A stretch of 33,187 nt of DNA from a virus (lineage: Duplodnaviria; Caudoviricetes): positions 1-33,187 of the IMG/VR virus record IMGVR_UViG_3300027815_000159; one strand, written 5' to 3'. Both the position numbers and the translations under genes were made by a program. Below, piece after piece: positions 8,323-16,051 of this stretch (the first letter of the stretch is position 1; each line of letters starts with the position of its first letter). Below the pieces are notes generated by a model. The model was not told the DNA's origin. It made no database searches and was given only the letters and a program-made list of their open reading frames with translations.

Positions 8323-8865
8323 ATGTCAGCGCTTGCCACGCGCCCCACCGGGGACGCGAACCCTTCCGCTCGTCCCGAGCTCAAGCTCGTGCCGGCAAAC
8401 CCGCGCACGTTCCTCGCGCTCGATCTCGGCAGCGCGACCGGCTGGGCGCTCAAACGCATCGGCAGACCGATCGTCAGCGGCACAATGGCGTTCAAGGCCG
8501 GCCGCTTCGAAGGCGGCGGCATGCCGTTCCTTCGCTTCCGCCGGTGGCTCGCCGAAATCGAATCCGCCGAAGGCGCGGTCGTCGTATTCTTCGAGGAGGT
8601 GCGAGCGCATGCCGGCACGATCGCGGCGCACGCCTATGGCGGCTTTCTCGCCGAGCTTTCCGCGTGGTGCGAGGAACGCGGGCATCCTTACGAAGGCGTT
8701 CCGGTCGGGACGATCAAGCGCTTCGCGACCGGGAAGGGCAATGCCGACAAGCAAGCAGTGATCGAGGCCATCCGTGCTCGCGGCTTCGCGCCGGCCGACC
8801 ACAACGAGGCCGACGCCATCGCCATCCTGCTGTGGGCGATCGACATGCGGGGCGGCGTGCGATGA
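8323..8865 (+). CDS. RuvC-like Holliday junction resolvase
   Basis: LALDLGSATGWA, FFEEVR, IKRFATGKGNADK, DHNEADA; GAGGA upstream of ATG 8323. Confidence 0.85.
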   Translation: MSALATRPTGDANPSARPELKLVPANPRTFLALDLGSATGWALKRIGRPIVSGTMAFKAGRFEGGGMPFLRFRRWLAEIESAEGAVVVFFEEVRAHAGTIAAHAYGGFLAELSAWCEERGHPYEGVPVGTIKRFATGKGNADKQAVIEAIRARGFAPADHNEADAIAILLWAIDMRGGVR

Positions 8866-9179
8866 GCCGGCAACGCCTTCCCGACCGACGGCCGAGCCTC
8901 ACCACCAAGCTCGTGCACGAATGCCGGTCCTATTCGGTGACGATCGGGTTCTATCCCGCGACCGACCGCGTTGGCGAAGTGTTCACGCATGGAGCCAAGG
9001 TGGGCTCCGCGATGGACGGCATCCTCGACGATGCGTGCATCGCATTATCGCTGCTGCTTCAGCACGGCGTCGAACCTGCCGCGCTCGCTTCAAGCATGGG
9101 ACGCCTTGGTGACGGCAAGTCGCCCGCTTCGATCGTTGGTGCGCTCGCCGACCTGATCGCTCGGGAGGCGCAGCCATGA
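8862..9179 (+). CDS. Stand-alone protein resembling the class II ribonucleotide reductase C-terminal (TSCPD-like) domain
   Basis: RQRLPDRR, GEVF, ALSLLLQHGV, ASIVG; ATGA overlaps on both sides. Confidence 0.7.
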   Translation: MSRQRLPDRRPSLTTKLVHECRSYSVTIGFYPATDRVGEVFTHGAKVGSAMDGILDDACIALSLLLQHGVEPAALASSMGRLGDGKSPASIVGALADLIAREAQP

Positions 9180-9373
9180 GGTGGACGCCCAAGGGCTATG
9201 GCGGCGAGCGCCGGTCGTCCGAGCAGGTCAAACGCGACGGCTGGATCGAGCAGGGAATCCTCGTCGTCAACGAGGACGATCATCGTCTCACCTGGCCCGA
9301 GCGCCACTTCATCCGTCAGCTCGGCGAGAAGCTGTTCGGCAAGCGAGAGCCGAAGGAGATGCGCCATGGGTGA
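9176..9373 (+). CDS. Small hypothetical phage protein (65 aa)
   Basis: GGGAGG upstream, ATGA overlap, overlaps the next start. Confidence 0.75.
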   Translation: MRWTPKGYGGERRSSEQVKRDGWIEQGILVVNEDDHRLTWPERHFIRQLGEKLFGKREPKEMRHG

Positions 9374-9812
9374 GAAGGATTGGACACCCTCGTTGATCGA
9401 GGAGCGGTTCGTCGAAGCGGCCGACGTGATGAAGCGGCTGCCCGACGTGCGCGTGCCGGGGCATTTCAACACCTGGCCAAAAATGCATCACGAGTTCGCC
9501 GATCTCGTGGGCCAGGAGCCGCCGCGACTGCGGCGCCCTCCGCCCGCGCCCGATGCCATCAGCCGGATGGAAGAGACCCTCAGCTGGCTCAATTGGCTTG
9601 AGCCGGCGGATGCGAAGGTCGTCTGGCTCCGAGCGAACGGCGAGCGTTGGAAAGCGATCTGCTGGAAGGTCGGTCTCGCCCGCACCGCCGCCAACCAGCG
9701 CTGGCTCTACGCGCTCTGCGTCATCGCTTGGAAACTCAGCGGACGGGAACCGTCGCGCCGCCGCTCACGCCGGCACATCATCGAAATCGCGCGTGTTTCA
9801 GCGAAGCCGTGA
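9366..9812 (+). CDS. DUF6362-like HTH protein, candidate late-gene regulator
   Basis: WTPSLIEERFVEAADV, AISRMEETLSWL, VVWLRANGERWKAIC; AAGGAG upstream; last gene before the packaging region. Confidence 0.75.
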   Translation: MGEKDWTPSLIEERFVEAADVMKRLPDVRVPGHFNTWPKMHHEFADLVGQEPPRLRRPPPAPDAISRMEETLSWLNWLEPADAKVVWLRANGERWKAICWKVGLARTAANQRWLYALCVIAWKLSGREPSRRRSRRHIIEIARVSAKP

Positions 9813-9820
9813 GTACAGGA

Positions 9821-9848
9821 GCGAAAAGTGTTCGCGAACACTTTTCGC
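9821..9848. promoter_or_regulatory. Perfect 28-bp palindrome, candidate regulator binding site
   Basis: GCGAAAAGTGTTCG|CGAACACTTTTCGC, 8 bp after the DUF6362-like stop codon. Confidence 0.6.
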
Positions 9849-9997
9849 GCGGACAAAAGCGCTTTCGGATGCTAGTTTTCTGATCACGCTCGGGGTTGTG
9901 CGGATGGAGACACGACGGCTCACCTCCCGAGTCCCTCGCATCAAGCAAGAACGAGGTTCTTCGCGCTTGATGGTCATGGCTTCAAAGCTGTAATCGC

Positions 9998-10369
9998 TCA
10001 GGCGGCGTGTTCCTCGGGAATCTTGATCAGCGACTCGGCTGGGATACCGAGACCCTTGTGCAATCGCCAGACCATCCGCAAGGTCAACGGACGTTTGTGG
10101 TTGAGCACTTCGTAGACGCGGTTTCGGCTGCCGATGTAACGCACGAGGTCACGCGGCTCCAAGCCCCTCTGCTCCATGTGGTATTTGATCGCCTCAACCG
10201 GATCGGGCAGATCGATCGGATAGTGCTTGGCCTCCCAGGCCTCGACCAGCGTGACTAGCACGTCGAGCCGATCGCCATCGGGCGTGCCCCGCTTCGCATC
10301 CATGAGCCCTTCGATCTCCTTGAGCGCACGGCGGTAGTCGCGCTTTGTCTTGATCGGTGTGACGTCCAT
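9998..10369 (-). CDS. higA: HigA-type HTH antitoxin
   Basis: PIKTKRDY, LVTLVEAWE, PDPVEAIKYHMEQRGL, IGSRNRVYEVLNHKRPLT; downstream of the toxin. Confidence 0.93.
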   Translation of the reverse strand: MDVTPIKTKRDYRRALKEIEGLMDAKRGTPDGDRLDVLVTLVEAWEAKHYPIDLPDPVEAIKYHMEQRGLEPRDLVRYIGSRNRVYEVLNHKRPLTLRMVWRLHKGLGIPAESLIKIPEEHAA

Positions 10370-10381
10370 TGTGTCTGCTCC

Positions 10382-10684
10382 TCAAATCGTCTGCGCGTCG
10401 ATCTTGTCGTATTGGCGGTGCGTGCCGATGAAGCGGATGTAGACGACGCGATACGGGTAATTGATCCACACAACGACGCGGTACTTGTTGCCCGCAATGT
10501 TGAACACGGCCCGTCCGTCCTTGAGGATGCTCGCCGTGCGGATGTCCCGCTTCACGTCGGCCGGTGTCGCCCAGTCGGCCGACCGCACCTGCCGATACCA
10601 AGCCATCACGGGCTCGCGCGCGTCGGCGTAAGCGGGACTACGGTCCAGGAAAGCCTTCAACGTGCTGAGCGCGATGACTCGCAT
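10382..10684 (-). CDS. higB: HigB family toxin (RelE superfamily mRNase)
   Basis: MRVIALSTL, RAVFNIAGNKYRVVVWINY, YIRFIGTHRQYDKID; toxin-first gene order. Confidence 0.95.
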   Translation of the reverse strand: MRVIALSTLKAFLDRSPAYADAREPVMAWYRQVRSADWATPADVKRDIRTASILKDGRAVFNIAGNKYRVVVWINYPYRVVYIRFIGTHRQYDKIDAQTI

Positions 10685-10690
10685 CAGGAA

Positions 10691-10768
10691 AGTCTAGCAT
10701 AGTCCCAATCTGGGATCAAGCCCCTTTGATCCCAAATCGGGACCTAGGTGATCCCGATTTGGGATCAA
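10691..10768 (-). promoter_or_regulatory. higBA sigma70 promoter with three TCCC-N5-GGGA operator-like boxes
   Basis: TTGATC (10719-10714), 17 bp, TAGACT (10696-10691) with extended TG; boxes at about 10703, 10730 and 10752. Confidence 0.75.
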
Positions 10769-10793
10769 GCGACCGCTAACCCTTTGATATCAC

Positions 10794-10993
10794 GGGTCCT
10801 CCCTGGCCGAAATGCTATGCGGGGGGCAATGGCCCGGAACATCGCTACCGTCAGCCGCAAAATCTGAGTTACCGGGTACCAGTTACCAGGCAGCCCCTTT
10901 GCCCCGAAAAGCCCCACAGACCGGCACTATCTGGCCCACGGGCGGGTGGTAACTCAGGCGGTAACCAGGGTGGTAACCGGCCCTGACGTTACC
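10794..10993 (+). other. Candidate lambda-like cos packaging site
   Basis: GGGTCCT (lambda cosQ sequence) at 10794-10800, GCGGGGGGCAATGGC about 20 nt later, then six GGTAAC/GTTACC repeats. Confidence 0.6.
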
Positions 10994-11030
10994 ATCGCCC
11001 GGTCGTTGCCGGTCCCTGATCGAAAGAACC

Positions 11031-12260
11031 ATGACACCGTCGTTTCCCAACGCGGTTGAGCGCTGGCCGCTCGACCGATTGATCCCGCATGCGCGCAATG
11101 CCCGGACCCATTCCGAGGACCAGGTGGCGCAGATCGCGGGGTCGATCGCCGAGTTTGGCTTCGTGAACCCGGTGCTGGTTGGCGACGACGGGGTGATCGT
11201 GGCGGGCCACGGCCGCGTGCTGGCTGCGCGTAAACTCGGCCTTGCCGATGCGCCGGTGATCGTTCTCTCGCACCTGACGCCGACGCAGCGTCGCGCGCTG
11301 ATGATCGCGGATAATCGTATCGCGGAAAACGCCGGTTGGGATGACGAGATGCTCGGCGCTGAACTCGCCGCGTTGCGTGACGAAGACGTTGACCTGGCAT
11401 TGCTCGGTTTCGACGAGACCGATATCGATCGGCTACTCGCCGGCACACTGGACGAGGCCGACGATCTAGACGAGGTGCCGGAGCCTCCGGTCGATCCAGT
11501 CAGCCGTCCGGGCGACCTGTGGATCTGCGGCGAGCACCGCGTGCTGTGCGGCGACGCTACCGTGCTGAGCGATGTCGAGACAGTGCTCGGCGGCGAGCTC
11601 GCTGACATGTGCTTCACCGATCCGCCCTACAACGTGAACTATGCCAACTCGGCCAAGGACAAACAGCGCGGCAAGAACCGGGCGATCCTGAACGATGCGC
11701 TGGGCGAGAGCTTCGGAGCATTCCTCTACGACGCGAGCGTCAACATCCTCACAGTGACCAAGGGGTCGATCTACATCTGCATGTCGTCGTCAGAACTGGA
11801 CATGCTGCAGAAGGCGTTCCGGGAGGCCGGCGGCAAGTGGTCGACCTTCGTGATCTGGGCCAAGAACACCTTCACGCTCGGTCGCGCCGACTACCAGCGT
11901 CAATACGAGCCGATCCTCTATGGCTGGAAGGATGGCACCGACCATTACTGGTGCGGAGCACGCGACCAGGGCGATGTCTGGTTCTTCGACAAGCCGGTGA
12001 AGAACGACCTGCATCCCACCATGAAGCCGGTGGCGCTGGTTGAACGGGCGATCCGGAATTCATCGAAGAGCCGCGACATCGTGCTCGACCCGTTCGGCGG
12101 ATCCGGCACGACGTTGATCGCCGCGGAGCGCGCCAGCAGACGCGCACGGCTGATCGAGCTTGATCCAAAATACGTGGACGTCATCGTCCAGCGCTGGAAA
12201 AAGGCGACCGATGGCAGCGCAATCCACGCCACCACCGGCCAGCCCTTCGAGCCGTCTTAG
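11031..12260 (+). CDS. ParB-like N-terminal domain fused to an N6A/N4C DNA methyltransferase
   Basis: NARTHS, IAEFGFVNPVL, AGHGR, ADNRIAE; then FTDPPY, HPTMKP, VLDPFGGSGTT (beta-class motif order). Confidence 0.93.
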   Translation: MTPSFPNAVERWPLDRLIPHARNARTHSEDQVAQIAGSIAEFGFVNPVLVGDDGVIVAGHGRVLAARKLGLADAPVIVLSHLTPTQRRALMIADNRIAENAGWDDEMLGAELAALRDEDVDLALLGFDETDIDRLLAGTLDEADDLDEVPEPPVDPVSRPGDLWICGEHRVLCGDATVLSDVETVLGGELADMCFTDPPYNVNYANSAKDKQRGKNRAILNDALGESFGAFLYDASVNILTVTKGSIYICMSSSELDMLQKAFREAGGKWSTFVIWAKNTFTLGRADYQRQYEPILYGWKDGTDHYWCGARDQGDVWFFDKPVKNDLHPTMKPVALVERAIRNSSKSRDIVLDPFGGSGTTLIAAERASRRARLIELDPKYVDVIVQRWKKATDGSAIHATTGQPFEPS

Positions 12261-12880
12261 TCGGCGATGCGATAAACCCGCCCGCGCTTGTCGGATTTCT
12301 CGGAGGTGACATCGAGCCCAAGCTTCTTCTTGAGCGCGCCGGCGATCGCGCCGCGCACCGTATGCGGCTGCCACTCGAACGCCTCGACGATCTCGTCGAT
12401 GCTGGCGCCCTTGGGACGCTTGAGCATCTCGATCAGCCGCTCCTGCTTGGTGTTCTCGCGGGTCGCGCGCGGCGTCTTGGCCGCGACCTTCTTGCGCGCG
12501 GTCTTGGCGGCCTTCTTGGTCTTGGTGGGCTTGCCCTCCGCGGGCCGCGGTTTCTTCGCGGAGGCGAGAGCCTTCTTCTCGAGCTTCGGGGAGTCGGCCA
12601 CGTCGTCGACCGGGGCGGTCGTATCGGACCCTATGTTGAGCGCCACGACAGCGGCATCGGTGGCCCGCAGCGTCAGCCGCGCGCTGTCCTTGTCCTCGCG
12701 CCAGATCTCATCGTTCAGTCCCGCCTGGACTTCCTCGATCAGGCCCTTGGCCAGCAGACTCTTGAGCACCTTGTCGGCCGCGCTGCCCTTGACCTTAAGC
12801 GTCAGCGGGTAGAGGGATCGGCCGTCGCGCTGGCAGGCGGCGGACAGGACGACGAGTTGGGAATCGGAAAGCTTAGGCAT
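12257..12880 (-). CDS. DUF3489 domain protein (winged-HTH-like)
   Basis: KLSDSQLVVL N-terminus; TKQERLIEML...GASIDEI...WQPHTVRGAIAGALKKKLGL...GRVYRI; AAGGAG upstream. Confidence 0.88.
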   Translation of the reverse strand: MPKLSDSQLVVLSAACQRDGRSLYPLTLKVKGSAADKVLKSLLAKGLIEEVQAGLNDEIWREDKDSARLTLRATDAAVVALNIGSDTTAPVDDVADSPKLEKKALASAKKPRPAEGKPTKTKKAAKTARKKVAAKTPRATRENTKQERLIEMLKRPKGASIDEIVEAFEWQPHTVRGAIAGALKKKLGLDVTSEKSDKRGRVYRIAD

Positions 12881-12895
12881 GGTGGCGGCTCCTTC

Positions 12896-12963
12896 GGTAG
12901 TCGGGCCGCGACCATCGCGGCCCTGTACCACCCCAAGCCCCGCCGGCGATGACCGAACGGGGC
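12896..12963. other. Two GC-rich hairpins in the intercistronic leader of the DUF3489 gene
   Basis: GGGCCGCGA-CCA-TCGCGGCCC (12903-12923) and GCCCCG...CGGGGC (12937-12963). Confidence 0.55.
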
Positions 12964-12982
12964 GAGGCGTGAGCGGAGTCAG

Positions 12983-13204
12983 CTATCCGGCGTGCTCGCC
13001 TTCCTTGAAGGCGGCGTCGGTGATGCGTTTGAGGAGTTCGGCGTAGTGCGCGAGCGTGCCGACGTGCCCCCAGTTGATGTCGTCGGGGCTATATCCGAAG
13101 TGCTCGTCGCTCAGCGCCTTGAGCCGATCGAGCATCGTGTCGATCTCGGCCTTGTGGGTGGTGAAGGCTTCGAGGGCTGTGCGGTTGTCGGGGCGGCGTC
13201 GCAT
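12983..13204 (-). CDS. Small hypothetical phage protein (73 aa)
   Basis: ALEAF...KAEIDTMLDRLKALSDEHF...INWGHVGTL...AFKEGEHA; GGAG upstream of the ATG. Confidence 0.82.
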   Translation of the reverse strand: MRRRPDNRTALEAFTTHKAEIDTMLDRLKALSDEHFGYSPDDINWGHVGTLAHYAELLKRITDAAFKEGEHAG

Positions 13205-13304
13205 GGCAAACTCCGATGTTGTTGACGCCATGAATGCTCTGATTTGAGCAACAGCCAAGTCCATAAGCAGATCATTTCATTGCTATCTTCGGGCACCGCC
13301 GATC

Positions 13305-13862
13305 ATGGGATTATCGATCCGCGCTTATGCCCGAAGGCGCGGCGTGAGCCATGTCGCGGTACTTCGCGCGATCAAGCAGGGCCGCGTCCCTGTCGAGCCC
13401 GACGGCACCGTCGATCCCACGAAGGCCGACGCATCGTGGGAACGCTCGACCGATCCGGGTCGCGTAAAGTCGAAGTCAAAGGCTCCCGCGGAGAAGCTGC
13501 GCCCCGTCGGCGAGGCGGCGCTCGGTTCGGTGCGCGAGACGTTGAAAGAACAGGGCTTGCCTGCGGGCGGCAACGTCACCTTCGTCCAGGCCCGCACCGC
13601 TCACGAGATCGCCAAGGCACATCTCGCGCGGCTGCGCTTGCAACGCATGAAGGGCGAGCTCGTCGATCGCGCCCGCTCGACCGCGCTCGTGTTCCGGCTT
13701 GCGCGCGAGGAGCGGGATTCCTGGCTCAACTGGCCCGCACGGGTTTCAGCCTTGATTGCAGCCGAGCTCGGCGTGGAAGCGCACGCAGTCCAGAAAATCG
13801 TGGAGGCGCATGTCCGCGCTCACCTCGGCGAACTCGCCGACGTCCGGCCCGAGTTCCGGTGA
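13305..13862 (+). CDS. Terminase small subunit (Nu1-like)
   Basis: N-terminal HTH MGLSIRAYARRRGVSHVAV, coiled coil, KGELVDR; precedes the large subunit. Confidence 0.85.
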   Translation: MGLSIRAYARRRGVSHVAVLRAIKQGRVPVEPDGTVDPTKADASWERSTDPGRVKSKSKAPAEKLRPVGEAALGSVRETLKEQGLPAGGNVTFVQARTAHEIAKAHLARLRLQRMKGELVDRARSTALVFRLAREERDSWLNWPARVSALIAAELGVEAHAVQKIVEAHVRAHLGELADVRPEFR

Positions 13863-15819
13863 ACTGTTCGCATTCGATGGCGCGGAGGAACTAGGCCAGG
13901 CTTGGCGTGACGGGCTCTTGCCCGATCCGTCGCTGACGGTCTCGGAATGGGCCGATCGCCACCGGGTGCTCAGCCCACGCGCATCGGCCGAGCCCGGGCG
14001 GTACCGCACCGATCGCACGCCCTACATGCGTGCGATCATGGACGCGCTGTCGCCGGCGCATCCGGTGCGGCGCGTCGTATTCATGAAGGCAGCTCAGGTC
14101 GGCGCGACCGAGGCCGGCAATAACTGGATCGGCTACGTCATCCATCATGCGCCGGGGCCGATGCTCGCGGTGCAGCCGACCGTCGAGCTTGCCAAGCGCT
14201 TCTCGCGCCAGCGCATCGATCCGCTGATCGAGGAGAGCCCGTCTCTCCGCCAGCGGGTGAAACCCGCACGTTCGCGCGACGCCGGCAACACGATGCTGTC
14301 GAAGGAGTTCCCGGCGGGACTCCTGGTCATCACCGGTGCGAACAGCGCGGTCGGGCTACGCTCGATGCCGGCGCGTTATCTGTTCCTCGACGAGGTCGAT
14401 GCCTACCCGCCCTCCGCCGACGAGGAGGGCGATCCGGTCGCGCTCGCGGAAGCACGCACGCGTACCTTCTCCTGGCGGGCGAAGGCGTTTCTCGCCTCGA
14501 CCCCGACGATAGCCGGGCTCTCGCGCATCGAGCGCGAATACGAAGCTTCGGATCAGCGCCGGTATTTCGTGCCATGCCCGCATTGCAAGGACACGCAGTG
14601 GCTCAAGTTCGAGCGGCTCCGCTGGGAAAAGGGCAGGCCCGAGACCACACATTATCTGTGCGCCTCCTGCGACGGCCGGATCGAGGAGCACCACAAGACG
14701 GCCATGCTGCAGTCCGGCGAGTGGCGGCCGACCGCGGAGGCGCAGGATCCGGGCACGATCGGGTTCCATATTTCGGCGCTCTATTCGCCGGTCGGGTGGT
14801 TCTCCTGGGAGAACATCGCACGCCTCTGGGAAACGGCAACCACCGACGAGGCCAAGCGCAGCTTCAAGAACAGCGTCCTCGGCGAGACCTGGATCGAGAC
14901 CGGTGAGGCGCCGGACTGGCAGCGGCTTTACGAGCGCCGTGAGCTTTGGCAGATCGGCACGGTGCCGCGAGGCGGCCTGTTTCTGACCGCCGGCGCAGAC
15001 GTTCAGAAGGACCGCATCGAAGTCGATGTCTGGGCCTGGGGACGGGGGCTCGAAAGCTGGCTGGTCGACCACATCGTGGTCGAAGGCGGACCCGAGCACG
15101 CCGCGACCTGGAATGAACTCGGCGCTGTCCTCGATCGCACTTGGCTGCACGCACATGGAACGCGAGTCGGTCTGGCGAAGCTCGCGATTGACACCGGCTA
15201 TGAGTCGCCCGCCGTGTACGCCTGGGCGCGCCGGGCCGGTCACGCTCAAGTCGCACCGATCAAGGGCGTCGAGGGCTTCAACCGGGCGGCGCCGGTCGCG
15301 GGCCCTACGCATGTCGACGTCACCGAAGGCGGCAAGAAGCTTCGCCGCGGCGCGCGGCTGTGGACGATCGCGGTCGCGACCTTCAAGAGCGAGACCTATC
15401 GCTATCTGCGCCTGTCGGCACCGACCGATGAGGAGATCGCGGCGGGCGCGAAGTTCCCCGTCGGCTACGTGCACCTGCCGCGCGGCACCGAAGCGGAGTG
15501 GGTCAAGCAGCTGGTCGGTGAGCAGCTTGTTACGGTCAAAACAAAGCGCGGCTTCAGCCGGCTCGAATGGCAGAAACTGCGCGAGCGCAATGAGGCGCTC
15601 GACTGCCGTGTCTATGCGCGTGCGGCGGCCTGGATCGCAGGTGCCGACCGCTGGACCGAGGCCATGTGGCGCGACCTCGAGCAACAGGTTGGCGTCTCGG
15701 TAGGAATCGGGGACGAATCGGCGGAACCGGAAACGCCTGCCGACAACATTGCTGGTTTGATCCGACGCAGGCCGCAGCGCCATGGCCGGCGGGTGTTCCG
15801 GTCGAGCTATCTGAGCTGA
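13810..15819 (+). CDS. Terminase large subunit, lambda GpA family
   Basis: VSEWAD, KAAQVGATE, FLDEVD, STPT, VPCPHC, AGADVQKDR, IDTG, RNEALDC; GGAGG before ATG 13810. Confidence 0.96.
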   Translation: MSALTSANSPTSGPSSGELFAFDGAEELGQAWRDGLLPDPSLTVSEWADRHRVLSPRASAEPGRYRTDRTPYMRAIMDALSPAHPVRRVVFMKAAQVGATEAGNNWIGYVIHHAPGPMLAVQPTVELAKRFSRQRIDPLIEESPSLRQRVKPARSRDAGNTMLSKEFPAGLLVITGANSAVGLRSMPARYLFLDEVDAYPPSADEEGDPVALAEARTRTFSWRAKAFLASTPTIAGLSRIEREYEASDQRRYFVPCPHCKDTQWLKFERLRWEKGRPETTHYLCASCDGRIEEHHKTAMLQSGEWRPTAEAQDPGTIGFHISALYSPVGWFSWENIARLWETATTDEAKRSFKNSVLGETWIETGEAPDWQRLYERRELWQIGTVPRGGLFLTAGADVQKDRIEVDVWAWGRGLESWLVDHIVVEGGPEHAATWNELGAVLDRTWLHAHGTRVGLAKLAIDTGYESPAVYAWARRAGHAQVAPIKGVEGFNRAAPVAGPTHVDVTEGGKKLRRGARLWTIAVATFKSETYRYLRLSAPTDEEIAAGAKFPVGYVHLPRGTEAEWVKQLVGEQLVTVKTKRGFSRLEWQKLRERNEALDCRVYARAAAWIAGADRWTEAMWRDLEQQVGVSVGIGDESAEPETPADNIAGLIRRRPQRHGRRVFRSSYLS

Positions 15820-15834
15820 ACGAGCCATCCAGAC

Positions 15835-16047
15835 ATGACCCTCGAAGAGATGACCGCGCAACGCGATGCGCTGCTGGCCGCGCGCTTCCGCGGCGTGCGC
15901 ACCGTCGAGATCGACGGCCGGCGCGTCACGTATGCCACCGACGCCGAGATGGCGGCCGCCATCACCGATCTGGAACGCCGGATCGCCGCCGCTGGTGAAG
16001 GTGGCCGCCGCCGCCGGATCCTGACGTCCGCCTCGAAGGGACTTTGA
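15835..16047 (+). CDS. Head-tail joining protein, gpW-like
   Basis: 70 aa between terminase and portal; GVRTVEIDGRRVTY. Confidence 0.88.
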   Translation: MTLEEMTAQRDALLAARFRGVRTVEIDGRRVTYATDAEMAAAITDLERRIAAAGEGGRRRRILTSASKGL

Positions 16048-16051
16048 GCTC

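Noticed and set aside
11031-12260. Restriction-modification or partition system
   Set aside because: No adjacent endonuclease or ParA; fits an orphan phage methyltransferase.
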